Numbered from the stretch's first letter, positions 1 through 14,027 are shown. The stretch is 64,000 bases of DNA from Prorocentrum cordatum (GCA_963575745.1 CAUYUJ010000225.1:1240001-1304000), one strand, 5' to 3'. Made by a program: numbers and translations. Notes: a model not told the origin generated them from the sequence alone.

Positions 1-1066
1 TCTCATCATCATTAACATAGTCATCATCATTATCATCATCATGGCCATCGTCATCACCATCACCATCTCCACCATCATCACCATCATCATCAACATCGTA
101 AACATCCTCGTCAACATCATAATCATCGCCATCATCAACATCATCAACATCATCATCACCATCAGTATCGTCATCTTGGCCATCCGTCATCACCCTCATC
201 ATGGCCATCGTCATCACCATCACCAGAATCTTCATCACGATCACCATCATCACCACAATCATCATAATCATCATCATCATCGTCGTCATCACCATCATCA
301 TCATCATCATCAGCTGCATCATCATCGTCACCATCGTCATCCCAATCATTAGCAACATCGTCATCATCGTCGTCATCAGCATCTTCCGCCTCCTCCTATT
401 CATCAGCACCAGCAGCAACATCCGCATCCGCGCCATCACCATCATCATCATCAACATCACCATCATCATCACCAACATCATCGTCACAAGCATCAGCATC
501 AGCATCGCCATCGTCATCGCCATCAACACCATCAGCGACAGTATCACCATCACCACCATCATCATCCTCGTCATCATCACCAGCATCCTCCATCATCATC
601 ATTATCATCACCGTCGGCACCATCAAGATCCGCATCATCATCAGCATCACTACCATCAACATCATTGCCATCATCATCAGCATCATCTCCATCATCACCA
701 TCATCAGCATCATAATCATCATCATTAGCATCATCATCACCATCACCAGCATAACCATCAGCAGCATCAACATCATCATCCCCATCATAATCGTCACCAC
801 CATCATCATCATCATCCTCATCTTCGTCATCGTCATCATCATCATCTTCATGGTCATGACCATGCCCATCACCATCGTCACAATCATCGTCATCACCAGC
901 ATTACCATCGTCACCATCATCACCATATTGCGGGTGATCATCGTCGTCATCATGACCATCGCAATCAGCATCATAATCATAATCATCAGCATCACGACCT
1001 CTACCATCATCATCATCATCATCATCATCCTCAACGTCATGATCATCATCAGCATCAACAGCAACC

Positions 1067-1099
<33 letters not shown>

Positions 1100-2690
1100 C
1101 CACAGCCATCAGCATCAACATGATCAACAACATACGAATCATCATAATCGTCACAATCACCACCATCATTGTTATGATCACTATCGTCATGATCACCATC
1201 AGCATTATCCTCGTCACCATGATTGTCACCATCACCTTCACCACCAACATCATCACCATCACCATCATCACCAACATCATCATAATAAAAATAAACATCA
1301 CCATGAAAAGTACCGTCATCATCATCATCATCAACATCGCCGCCAGCATCACCAGCATCGTCATCACCAATATCATCGTCACCAACATCATCATCAGCAA
1401 CACCAGCATCATTATCGCTATCATCATCCTCATGCATTATCACCATCACCATCTCCATCATCACCATTCGCCGCATCATAATCATCATCATCATCGTCGG
1501 TGGCATAATCATTACTAGCAGCATCATCATCGTCACCATCATCATCACCATTCTCATCATCATTCGTATCGTCATCACTAACATCGTCGTCGTCATCATG
1601 AGCATCATCCTCACCATCATCATGCTGACTTTCACATCACCAACATCCTCACCATCAGCAGCATCGCCGTCACAATCACCATCATCACCATCATCGACAT
1701 CAAAATCACCAGCACCAATATCATCACCATCGCCGTCCTCAGCATCATGGTCAACATCACTATCATCATTATATAAACACCATCACCACTTCCACCATCA
1801 CCATCACCGTCATCAGCATCACGATCATCATCAGCACCGTGGTCATTACCATCACATTCACCATCAACTTCGTCATCCGCATCAACACCAGCGCTATCAC
1901 CATCATCATTATCATCATCACGACCCGTGTCGTCATCATCACCAACATCATCAGCATCAACATCAGTATCAACCTCATCAGCGTAGTCATCACCACCATC
2001 ACAATCACCATCATCAACTTTATCAGCATCAGCAACATCCTCCCCATCATCATCACAATCACATTCATCGGCGTCATCATCATCGTCACATCACCATCAT
2101 TACCACCACTGTCATCGTCATCATCATCAACATCCGCATCATCATCATCATCAGCATGAGCACCAGCAGCATACATCAGCAACACACAGCATCATCATCA
2201 CCAACATCAGCAGCACTCACCACAATCATGCGTCATCATCAGCAACAGCATCAGCATCATTACCTACTATCATCATCACCACCACTATCACCATCATCAT
2301 CATCATCATCAAACTCATCATCACTAGCAGCAGGCATCAGCAGAATTCACTTTCACCACCATCATCATCGGCATCATTCGTCAGCAGGATGCATCATCAT
2401 CATTTATCATCAGTTGCAACACCACCACCATCATCGTCACCACCACCACCATCAATATCATCATCACCGTCACTATCATCATCAGCATTCGCATCATCAC
2501 CAATATTATCACCAGCATCGTCATCATAATCACCACCAGCACCGTCATCATCATCGCCAGCATGAGAACGAGCATCAGCAGCATGCACCCATCATCATCA
2601 CCACCATCAACACGAGTTGCATGCATCAGCATCATGCATCATCGCCATCAGCAGCAGCAGCAGCATCATCATCACCCTCCCCACCATCAT
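1..2690 (+). repeat. Degenerate (CAT/CAC/CAG/CGT)n trinucleotide array
   Basis: Continuous CAN triplet periodicity. The ORFs here are poly-H/I/M/D artefacts. Confidence 0.97.
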
Positions 2691-3069
2691 CCCAAGCACC
2701 TTCCTGAAGGCAGACGGCGGGCCACACGTCGAGCACCTTTGCGAGCGAGATCCACGAGGCCAGCGAGCCGGAGCGGGCCGAGCTCGAGCGACCCCCCTCA
2801 AAAGCAACTAGCAATACTGAAACAAACGTTAACATCAGGGCGGCGGCCGAGGTAGATGGGGGCGCAACTAGAGCCAAGATAGGACGGACACAATAGCTTG
2901 CACGGTGAATGCGGCTGCCCCCAATCTGCTCTCAAGGATTTCCGTGCAAGTACAAATCATCCCCCCGAGCTCCTTTCTCAAGCCAGGCGGCGGGCCGCAA
3001 GTCGAGCACCTCTGCGAACGAGATCCACGAGGCCAGCGAGCCAGAGCGGGCCGAGTTCGAGCGACTCCC
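2686..3069 (-). repeat. ~110-bp direct repeat pair (2686-2796, 2957-3069) at the 3' end of the YR/methyltransferase element
   Basis: Both copies share GGCGGGCC.CA.GTCGAGCACCT.TGCGA.CGAGATCCACGAGGCCAGCGAGCC.GAGCGGGCCGAG.TCGAGCGAC and are separated by ~160 bp of unique sequence. Confidence 0.85.
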
Positions 3070-3149
3070 AGCTCTGACGGACCAACGAGACCACCCGATC
3101 AGCACTCTGGCCTTCTCAAGGCCGCAGACAATGCATTATCAAAGGACTC

Positions 3150-3860
3150 GGCATTGGACGAGGCCCGCGCATTGTAGTGAGACATCGCGAGAGCGGTGCA
3201 AAGGCGAGCGGGGTAGGGCTCGGCAATCTTGGACATGAAGACCCCCTTTCGTCCTCACCCTGGATGGCGATGCGGGGGGGGCCCGGCCGCTTCCAAAGCC
3301 CTCGCCCCCCACCGAGACAGCGGGCGTCCGCAAGCTTGGCGAGGCACGGGCCAGTGCTGAGGAAAGCTGTCGACTTACGCCATGGGGCGCCCCGCGTGCA
3401 AAAATCTTCAGCGGTCAACGTGATTTTTCTGGACTTCTGCAATCACTGCATCGCTGGGCACAGCCATCTGGGCTGGATTATCGAGCGACGCTGGGATTCC
3501 GAGGAGCATGGCGTCACGGGCGATGGCGATCGAGAAAAATATCAGCAGGTTGCCCGCGCGAGATTCTTCGGCATCAGCAGGTCTGAGGCCTTCCAGGCCC
3601 ATGGGAGAAGTGTTGGATCTCATGGGCGGAGGCCCTGGGCGAACATCTCGAGCCCTGGAAAAAGACGAGCACGGGGTGCCCAGGGACCCTGATCACGATG
3701 CCAGAGCGGATCCAGCCTCGGACGAGGCTGCGGTTCCGGGGCAGCCGAAGTTCGCAGTCAAGCCCGAGCTCCAGGTCCCAGAGTAGCACGTTCACACCTT
3801 CGCGCGAGACCGCCTGGCCGAGCCGCCCGGACCCCGAGAAGATCTCAAGGAAGAACCCGG
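3150..3860 (-). pseudogene. Frameshifted C5 cytosine DNA methyltransferase domain (transposon-borne)
   Basis: Motifs occur in order across frames: FFLEIFSGSGRL (motif I FxGxG, 3821-3855), GTPCSSFSRAR (motif IV PC, 3669-3674), SLDNPA (motif VI ENP-like, ~3472-3485) and DFCTRGAPWRKST (motif VIII-like, ~3370-3408). Confidence 0.78.
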
Positions 3861-3899
3861 TCTGGGGTCGGGGGCCGCCTGACACGGCCGGCCGCGGAC

Positions 3900-4691
3900 G
3901 ACGGCGTCCAGCGAGCGCTCGCAGAACAGCGCGCGGGCGCGAAGGTCGTCGGGCAACCTGGGGGGCGCCCGGCCGACCCCGCTGCCCTTCTCGCGCCGCC
4001 AGACCGAAGCCCACGAGCGCCAGCGCCCGCGGGGGCGCGCGTCCTCCAGAGACCTCAAGCCCGAGGCGTAGTCGCGCGATGCGCCTCCGCGTCTGAGCTG
4101 GCACAGGTTGGCGTCGCCCAGGAACTTCTCGAGCTCCAAGGCCTTCACCGCCCCCTTAGCCCCGAGACCAAATCCTTCAGCGCCAGGTCGAAGGAGGGCG
4201 CTGGGGCCCCGTCCCCTTCCCACCGCCTGGAGGGCCAGGCCGAGCGGGGCGTGGCGGTCGAGGTCCAGCCTCAGAGCGCCGTCGAACTCGCGAGTCTTGG
4301 GCGACCGCCCCGCCTCGGAGGCGCTGAGGGTGATGGCCCAACTGGGCGCGCTCGCAGCACCGGGCACTGGCGGCGTGGATCCCTGAAGGGCCCTGCGGCC
4401 GCGCGGCATCAAGGCCCCCTCTACCTTCTGGGGCCCCGCGGAGAACGCGACGGCCGCGAAGCCCCGCTGCGCCATGCCCAGATTCTCGCCGTCCAGGAAC
4501 ATGGCTTCTAGCCAGCTCGCCAGCGCCGCGTCGACCTCCGCCTCCGTGGGCGGGGCGGGGGCCTGCAGCCAGGACTGGAACTCCTGGAACAGCGACTGGA
4601 ACTTCACCTGCGTCCGCGGTCGGGCCGACGCGGTCTCCAGCGCCGCGAGGCCTCCGACCGCCATGGCGGAGGCTCGGCGCCGCGACGCCAA
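3900..4691 (-). pseudogene. Degenerate tyrosine recombinase of a DIRS/Ngaro-like element
   Basis: ORF 3792-4691 contains PRGRRALQG, SPKTREFD, LCQLRRGGASRD and RGRWRSWASVWRREK, resembling the box II and catalytic-Tyr region of YR integrases. The Tyr position is now Arg (CGC) and the box I Arg region seems deleted. Confidence 0.72.
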
Positions 4692-5219
4692 CTGGGCCTT
4701 TTCCTTCAGCTTCCTCTTCGCGACGGGGCGACTGGCCCTGCCGGGCGAGCCCCGGGCGGGGCATGCCTTCCTTGCTGCCGCCGGCCGCCGGCGAGGCTCG
4801 CCGCCGTCGCCGCCCGTGCCGCGGCCCGCCGCTCCAGCGGAGCTCCCGGCGACGCCGGCGTAGGGCGGCGGCAGCCCGGCCGCGGCGGGCGCGCCGGCGG
4901 CGCGGGGGAAGCGCGGAGGAGCATGCTGTCCGTGTCAAGGGGCAGCATCCCTGTCCTCCTCCGTGTCAAGGGGCACCATGGGGCACCCACGAGGGATTTA
5001 CGATCCTTTGCGTAAAGGAAAGCATGTTTTTTTCGGACGCTTGCGAGTAAGGCACTTTGCGAGTGGTGGAACGCGCCCGGTGAAACGAGGACCAGCTGAA
5101 GGAGCAGGGCGGCGAGGCCGGGGAGGTGAGCGCAGGGAAAGGCGAGGAGGCCGAGCTCGCCCCCCGGTCCATCGAGGCGGGCTCCGCGCCGAGTGCTGCT
5201 CACCTCTTGGGCGCCCGAG

Positions 5220-5423
5220 TTATCTGGGGTAACTCGGGCTTGGATTCCAGATAAACGAACCCGAGTTAGCCCTGACCCGTGTTACCCCTGATGATTTAGG
5301 GCTCTGGACGCCTGAATTATCTGGGGTAACTCGGGCCCGGGGCGATTAAGTTGGGCTCGGACTCCCGAAAAACAAACCCGAGTTGGCCCTGACCCAAGGC
5401 ACCCCTGATGATTCGGGGCTCTG
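5220..5423. repeat. Tandem pair of palindromic units (foldback)
   Basis: TTATCTGGGGTAACTCGGG...CCCGAGTT.GCCCTGACCC...ACCCCTGATGATT..GGGCTCTG occurs twice (5220-5305, 5317-5423). Confidence 0.8.
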
Positions 5424-5783
5424 AACCTCGTCGACGCGCTCGCCTGGGAGGGCCCAGGAGCGGGTGGTTGCACCTCGTGGAGGTGGCCAGCAGCGAGGAG
5501 CGGCAGTTCCTCGTCCTCCGCCCCGAGGGGGAGCTGCGGAAGGTCGAGCAGGGGTGCGCCTCGGTCGGAGCGAGCCGTTGCAGTAGGTTCGGGGTTGCGC
5601 TCTAAAACCCCCGCGGCGGCGGTGCCTCGGCCCACTCGCCGCTGGTGTGTTGAGGAGTCAGAAGTCATGTGCGAGCGTGGTTGAGCTGGGCGGCCGCGGC
5701 GCGTGCGCCGTCGGGCGCCTGCTGACAGGTTGACCTGCCAGGCTGCCTCTCGGCCCATGCTGCACCCTCTGCACGATCTGCAC

Positions 5784-6141
<358 letters not shown>

Positions 6142-7067
6142 CTTAGCGCCCCTAGCTCCTCACCCACTCCTAAGCATCGCCGTCTGTCCCTCGCACACCC
6201 CACTGGGTGCAAATCGTAAGGAAAGCACGGAGTCGGAACGCATATGCATGTTTGCTGTCTGGCAAGGACTGATGTATGCAGTCAGCGGATCCAAGACCAG
6301 ACCGGACTGCGCTCGAGTAAATCGGACACACGTACGCAGCACACAACCACGCACACACATGTACACATATACACGCTCTCTCTCTCTCTATATATATAGA
6401 TCACACACACACACACCTTTCGACAAGCCCACTCAAGCGGCACCACACATGCACATGCCATAGAAACTAAATAGGCGGTGTCGAACGGATCCGAAACGGA
6501 AACGAGGTTGGCGCATTGCAACGAATCGATATACAGACCGACGGCGCAGACAAGCTGGCAGAAATAAGCGTCTAGGAGGACCTACATAGCGACGGAGAAG
6601 TGGCTGAGGCAACGAAGTACTGAGGATCAGGGGTGGAGAGGGAGGAGGCGGAGCAGGTGGGTGGGCAGGGGTGAGCGGTCAAAAGCAGTGAGTGAGGCTG
6701 GGGATGCCGCGTCCTCAAGTCCTCCCAAGTCGCTGGCGCGGAGGATCTCGACCTCCGCGGCAGGGCGGCTGTTGGCAGTAAGCCCAGGCAGACGCGGCAA
6801 GACCCTCGTCGTGTCCCCGCGCCCTCGTGATATTGCTTGCCCCCGTCAGCCCCAGAGGCGCGGTTTAGCTTCCCAGCCCTTTCCAAACAAATAGTAGCCA
6901 CTCGCCCTGCTCTGCCCAGGGCCTCGCCGCACGCTTGCAATACCCTGCGAAACTCCCTGCAAAGACCCTAGCAATACCTTCTAAAGTGGCCCTAAACTAC
7001 CCTGCAAACCAAAGCCATGCAATACACTGCAAAACGGCAATTCGATACCCTACAATGTCCCTGCAAC

Positions 7068-7163
7068 TCCTCCCCCTCCTCCTCTTCCTCTTGATCTTGT
7101 TCATCTTCCTCCTCCTCCCCATTCTCCTCCTCCTCCTCCTCCTCCTCCTCCTCCTCCTCCTCC

Positions 7164-7196
<33 letters not shown>

Positions 7197-7227
7197 GCAT
7201 CATCATCATCATCACCACCACGACCAC

Positions 7228-7259
<32 letters not shown>

Positions 7260-7355
7260 CCATCACCATCACCATCACCATCACCACCACTACCACCATC
7301 ATCATCGTCATCATCACCACCACCACAACCACCATCATCATCATCATCATCATCA

Positions 7356-7453
<98 letters not shown>

Positions 7454-7454
7454 G

Positions 7455-7502
<48 letters not shown>

Positions 7503-7612
7503 CAGTTCTTCCCATTCCGTTTCCTCCTCGTCGCACTCCTCCTCGTCTCCATCGCCCTTCTGGGGTTCCTCCTAAGTTCCTCCTCCTCCTCCTCCTCCCC
7601 TTCCTACTCCTC
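7068..7612 (+). repeat. Compound (CCT)n-(CAT)n-(CATCGT)n microsatellite
   Basis: Direct reading. Confidence 0.95.
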
Positions 7613-8906
7613 GCGCTTGGCTAATGATAGCGTCGGTTTGACAAGTGCACCCCCTTCTTTCACTAATGCTCCTCCACGTCCCTTCCCATAGGAACTTACC
7701 CGATAGTCAATCCTCGATGAGCTAGTGAACACGCATTACTCCCATATTGCTTGTATCGTTCATAGTTTTGTTACTCTTCCTATTTCTCTTCATCCTCAGA
7801 TTCTTGCTCTAGACGCCATTACTGCTACTTCCAGCTTGTATGAACTACACTGACACCCGCAGCTCAGCACACTAGTGGATTCCATGACCAAATGTTCGGC
7901 AAGACCGACCAGCATCTGGTCAAAACTCCCTGAAAGTGCCCGGCCGGCTCAGTCCCCCGCAGTCCCTGGTGTCCCTGGTGGCTTGCCAAGCGGCCAGACG
8001 CCCTAAGATAGACCCGAGACTCCCCAAGACCAGGTGCGGCGCCCGAGGAAGCCTGCAGCGAGGATTTGGGAAGCAAGCAAAAATAGAACAACATGACTTG
8101 ACTGAATTGCATTATGTATGTGTCCAACGCGTTTCGGCTTCAGATGGTCTCGGAAGGCATCCGGAAGCTCCCAAGACGGCCCGATAACCCTCTAAGGCAG
8201 CAGTTGAAGAACGCCACGAGGGAGCCCCAAGACGGCCGAAAACTGCCCAGAGGGCCCAACCCTTGTCCAATCGGGCCTCGTCGGGAAAGCTCGACAGAAC
8301 CTTCGCGCACAACACGGTCCTCAGACACCCAACAGGCTCCCAAGTCGCCCACGCAAGCCCGCGAATTATGAGATATCAGCCAGCGTTGACTCCAAATAGA
8401 TAGTGGATGATGATGGTGATGATGTGCACAGACATGGACATAGGCATAGGCGCAGGCATAGGAGTTAGGGGGGAGGTATAGGCATAGCCATAGGAATTAG
8501 GGGGGGGCATCGGATTTTTTTTGGGGGGGGGCGACGAACCAATTAGTAGGGTTTGAGTTAGAACTCCCATAGGGCAAGCCTTTTCAGAGAAAAACCAGAG
8601 GCCCTCGCTGAATGCCTGTTTTCCGAATGCCTGCGGGCTTCCCGCGATTCGGAGTTCCGGGGAGCCCCGAGCGGGACGACTGCCCTCTCAACAGTGCTCC
8701 CGAATGACGACCCCCAGAACCCAAACAGACCTTCCAGATGCACATCCCCAGGGAAGACCTCCAGAGGGCACAAACCACAGTGCCTCCCAGAGCACTAGAA
8801 CTTCCAACTGTCTTGGAATTCTGCGCGTGAGCGCACTTTCTCATCGCCCTCAACGGCGCCATCGCATCACCACCGTTATCTTCATCGCAATCGCCAACTT
8901 TTCCGC

Positions 8907-8995
<89 letters not shown>

Positions 8996-11150
8996 CCTTC
9001 ACCAATACGTGGACATCATCATCGTCATCGTCGTCACCAGCCTCGGCGCTGCCATTGGCCTTGCCGTCGTCGTCGCCATCATCCCCAGCACCATCGCTAA
9101 TATCGCTGCCGCCGCTGTCGACGTCATCATTATTTCGCGCCCGCCCGAGCCACCGACCCGCACTGAAGTGCCCGCGCGCCAGCGCGGCCTTTGAGACGCG
9201 CTGGGAAGTTCCCATCGGCAAGCGTTATCACGGCATCAACTATTCCAAACAAATTTGCCGATCTGCGCAAAAGCGTTTGCGTGCCAGGGCAGCCGCAAAT
9301 ACGCGCTAACAAATCCACATCGGGAAACGCAATCGTGACCGAATGGGTTTTGCCAAGCAAGTTGCGGGTGGGAGGGTGGTATGTTTGCACAAGCAGTGGA
9401 GTCAGCGACTGCAACTTGTGCAAACATTAATTGCGCCACGTATATTGCATCAACATTGCATCATCAATATCATAACGCGCATACGCGATGCATCAAATCA
9501 GGTTTGGGTTCACACTGGCGAACAATGTTTTCCAGGAAGTGCCCTCATACGAAAACCTCTACTTATACTTTTCGGACACATTCATTTCCAACCACAAATG
9601 CCAAACTTGTCCAAGCCGAAATGACGACTTCGCCTGAAACCTCATCAAAATAATTGAATTATATCGAGGGTGGACAACACGTAGCAGGCTATTGCACCCA
9701 CGGTGTGCACTGCCCTACACTTTTGATGTGTGCGCGAGAGTGCTGCGAGCTATGCGATGCTGTCTGTGCATGGTGCCATCGATGCGCTGCGCTGCTGGCC
9801 GTGTGGCTGCGAAGCTGCGTGACGCAAGCGGTGCAAGCCGTGCAGGCGCTCGCGAGGCGCCCGCGGGCGGCCGGCCACGGGCCACGGGGCACCCACGGAG
9901 CGCCCACCGAGCGCCCACGAGGCGAAACCCCAGCAGACCCAGCGCACCGGGCGTCCACGAGGCCCCCTCGGGCGGCCACCAACCGGCCAGCGCACCGGGC
10001 GTCCACGAGGCGCCCTATGGCGACCACCAACCGCTGGAGGCCTAGAGATGGGCACCAACACAAACACATGGGGGGTTGCCTCCACAGGGGAAGATGATCC
10101 CAGATTTCGGTGTTGGTAGTAATAGTTCGGCCACCTTGGAAGCCAGAATATTACATACCACCATCACGGAGATCGGGATCGTCTTCCCTCGGTGGAGGCA
10201 CGCCGCCGATATTGGTGTTGGTGTCAACCTCTAGGCCTGCGAAACCGGGCACCAGGCGCAACCCCGGTAGACCAATCCAAGCACGCAGGTGAGAGAAGAG
10301 GCTCTTCTACTGCAGGCACTGCCTGGATAATTTCGGCCGAGATCGAAACTGACGAAACTGATCGGTCCAAGGTCGACACGGCAATTCCGTCTCGGCCGTC
10401 CTCAATAGCACAATGTGGCGATCATACGAGTTGTGGTGATCATGCGTATTGTTTCTGTGTGTCTAAGGGAAAACACAAAACAGGTTGAAACTTCTACGAT
10501 GCGTATTCCTCCTTTTACCTTTCCTCCGCCTCCGCCCCCTGCTCATTCTCGGCACCCTCTTACGATCTCTTACACATGCTCCTCTTCATACTCCCCAGGA
10601 CCTCGGTGGGACCTCTGGTGTCTGGTGGCTCGGCGTCCTGGGCTCGTGTGTGTCGCGTTCCTGGGTTCGCTCTTGCGCCCAGGATTCGGCGCGCCGTGTC
10701 TCGCGTTCCGAACGTCTCTGTGGGTCGAGGCTTTCCTGGAGGGAAGGGGGAGGGAGGAGTGAGGGAGGGGAAGGGAAGGAAGGAGTGGGGAAGCACCGTG
10801 CGAAATGGGGAAAGCGCAAGCGCATGGACCATATCAGGGACGCAGGGAGGGAGGGAGGGAGAGAGGGAGGGTGGGAGGACAGGAGGGAGGAGGGAGTGAA
10901 GGGAGGGAAAGAGGGAAGGGAGGGATGGAAGGAGGGAGGGAAGGAGGGAGGGAGGGAAGGAGGGAGGGAAGAAGTTGGGAGGGAGGCAGGTAGGGACCCA
11001 GGGAGGGAGGGAGGGAGAGGAGGGAGAGGAGAGAGGACAGGACAAGGACGGAGGGAGGGAGGACACCGCCCTCCGCGCGCCTCCGTGGCGCGAGAGGTCT
11101 TCCAGGAGGCAGGGGCGGGCGCGAGCGAGGGGAGGGGGAAGGATCCTTCG

Positions 11151-14027
11151 CCTGCCAGTGAGGGTCAGCCTCTGGGGGGTCAGGAACTCCTTGATTAGAT
11201 GGAGTAAAAACGGCATAAACATAAACTTTTGGCGCACCGCGCAGATTTCTCGGATCTGCGCTGGACCCCCCTCCCTGGCGCGCGGAGCGCGCCAGGGCGC
11301 CGCCGGAGGCGCCGCCAGAGGGGCCCAGCGCAGATCCAAGAAATCCGCGCGGAGCGCCAAAAGTTTATGTTTATGAGTTTGTTTCATCTTCGATTGGCCT
11401 GGCCTTGCTCGGGGCCGCCTTTGTCTGAACAGGTGTGCCCTCCCTGGTTTTTTCCTGGCAATTCCTCTGGAAGCTCTTCGCCGGGGCCAGCACTCCTCTC
11501 GGGCAACATGGCTTTCCTCAGTTTGCCCTCCGCTGACTCTAACCCCGCGAAGCCTGAGCCTGAACCCCCATCAGCAGGCGAACGGGAGAAACCCCCTGCT
11601 GTCATAAAAAACACCCGTTGTCAAAAGAAACACCGGTTGTCATACAAAAAAACGGCTGTCATAAAAAATAGCAACCAGCTGCCCTCAACCGTTTGTCATA
11701 ACAAAAACAGCCGCTTCGTATTCTTACGACAACCGTTTTTTTTCGTTTATGGCAACCAGTGTTTTTGTGGTGCCAAACGCTGTTTTCTATGACAACCCTT
11801 GTTTTTATGACAACCGGTGTTTTCTGTGACAACCGTTTTTTGTATAACGACCGGTTTGTATTGTATGACAACTGGTGTTTTTCAATGGCCCCCCCTCCGC
11901 CCCGCGGGCGCCAGGCCTCCAGCGAGCCGCGCGGCGGACCGGGCGGCGCGGCGCCCGCGAGCGTGCCGGCGGGCTGCCACGACAGCGCCACCTCGAGGCG
12001 CGGCTCCGCGCCGCTGCCTCCGCGGTGCGCGGAGCGGTCCGCGGTGCGCGGGGCTGCGCTTCAGTGGGGGCGACAAGTGGGTGAGGATCAGAAACGGGTC
12101 TCACGCGAGATGACCTAGCGACCTTACGCGGTGGCTTACGCGGGCCGCCAGCGCGGCACGCCACACTGGAGACGAGGGCGCTCACGCGCGAGCTTACGCG
12201 GGCAACTTACGTGCCAATGTCGGCGAAAACGTGCCCGTTTTTTCTTGCGTCGCTGAAGTGGGGGGGGGCGAAGAAGCGCCAGAGGCGATACAGCCGAGGC
12301 AAGGTCAAAATAACGCCGGTCATGAAGATGGGCCCCACCGCCGCGAGCCCAAGGCCCCATCGAGGTGCCCCCCAAAAAAGAGGGCCATCCCAAGGTGGAG
12401 GGCCAAGCACGACGAGCGCAACTCCTCCAACACGAGGGCTGCTCGTGGACCTCGTGCCAGCTCTGAGGTTATCAAAAGCGACGCCCTGGCCCAGAATGCT
12501 CCCAGCGACTCGCGCCACCGTGAGGGGTGCCAAGGATCGAGCGTTGCTTCGTGGGTGGGGCGATGAACGTGGGGGAGGAGGAGGAGGAGGAGGAGGAGGA
12601 GGAGGAGGAGGAGGAGGAGGAGGAGGAGGAGGAGGAGGAGGAGAAGGAGAAGGAAGAGGAGGAGGAGGAGGAGGAGGAGGAGGGGGAGGAGGAGGGGGAG
12701 AAGGAGGAGGAGGGGGAGGAGGAGGGGGAGGGGGAGGGGGAGGAGGAGGAGGAGGAGGAGGAGGAGGAGGAGGAGGAGGAGGAGGAGGAGGAGGAGGAAG
12801 AGGCAGAGGGGGGGGCGAAGAAACGGGCACCGCAAGAGGCCCTCAAGAGGGTGCAAGAGGGCCCCGAGACGCCCCCAAAATCGCCTCAGGACGCCCAAAA
12901 TGGCCCCAAGACGGCCCGAGAAGCTTGCAAGACGCCCCAAGATGCCTCCAAGAGGTTCTCCAAGAGGGCCCCAAGAGGCTAAATCATCGATTTCCATTGT
13001 CTTTGAAGGCTTTGGGCGGTCTCGCCTTCTTGGCTTCCCGACACTCCAAGACGGCCAAGATCGCCCCAAAACGAATGCAGAGGCCTCCAAGAGGGCCCCA
13101 AGATGGCCAGAGAGGCCTCCAAGAGGCCTCCCAAGAGCCCGAAAAGGCCAAAATCATTGATTGTCCTGAAGTTGTTGAAGGATTTGGGCGTTCTCGCTTT
13201 TTCGGCTTCCCTGCGCTCCAAGACGGCCCACGAGGCCCCCAAGAGGGCCCCAAGAAGGCCCAAGAGGGCCCCAGGACGGCCGAAGAGGCGCCTGAGACGA
13301 TGCAAGAAAACCTAAATTTGGCCCCAAGAGGGGGCCCCGATGGTGAGCCCGAGCGAACTTTACGAGCCCTCGGCCCCAGAGGCTCCCAGGAAGCCCCAAG
13401 AGGCCCCCACGAGGTCCCAAGAGGGTACAAAGAAGCCCCAGGAGGCCCGCAAGAGGCCCCCAAGAGACTCCCAAGAAGCCCCCAAACTGCTCCCAAGAGG
13501 CTCCCGAGAACTCGCTGAAGAGACCCGAAGAAGCATCCATGAGAACTCTGACAATCAATCCAGGCACGGTGGCGGGATGAGCCGACGGTCATTAGACAGC
13601 AAGGCAGATACTTGCGCAGAGGTATGGCAGAAGCAGCGACGGCAAGGTAGGGCCGAAATCGGCATAAAAGAAGCTTGGAACGACGCCCTACTAACGCACG
13701 AACTTGTCCAAAGTAGGACGGATCCAGAGTATGGGGGGGGGGGCTCACCGCCCATGAGGGAAGAGCCAAGGGGGGAGACAGGAAAATGGGGTTGGGGGGC
13801 CCCTCAAAGGAGAGCTTTTCTAAGGAGCTGGAATACATGCATCGACGCTTTTTGCGGCCCCGCACTGAGACTCGCACAAAAAAGCGGATTCAGGTGTGTA
13901 CGGGATTATGGTGTATACATGTTTCGCTGTTTCCCCATGGAAAACGGGAAAAAACATACGCCACACCACCCCGACGTCGTCCCCGACCCTCAAAAAGCCA
14001 TGGACTTGGAAAACAGCCCGCCACTGG

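Noticed and set aside
41..2707. His/Ile/Met/Asp-rich ORFs as metal-binding proteins
   Set aside because: They are translations of a (CAN)n microsatellite that is open in most frames on both strands.
4706..5203. Reverse transcriptase/RNase H of the YR element
   Set aside because: No YxDD or convincing RNase H motifs in any frame.
5280..5330. Hammerhead ribozyme (CTGATGA core)
   Set aside because: No GAAA core partner. CTGATGA is just part of an inverted repeat of TTATCTGGGGTAAC.
5460..5605. Plus-strand coding island (WLHLVEVASSEERQFLVLRPEGELRKVEQ)
   Set aside because: It looks codon-like but is short, isolated and unrecognisable, and strand and frame cannot be fixed.
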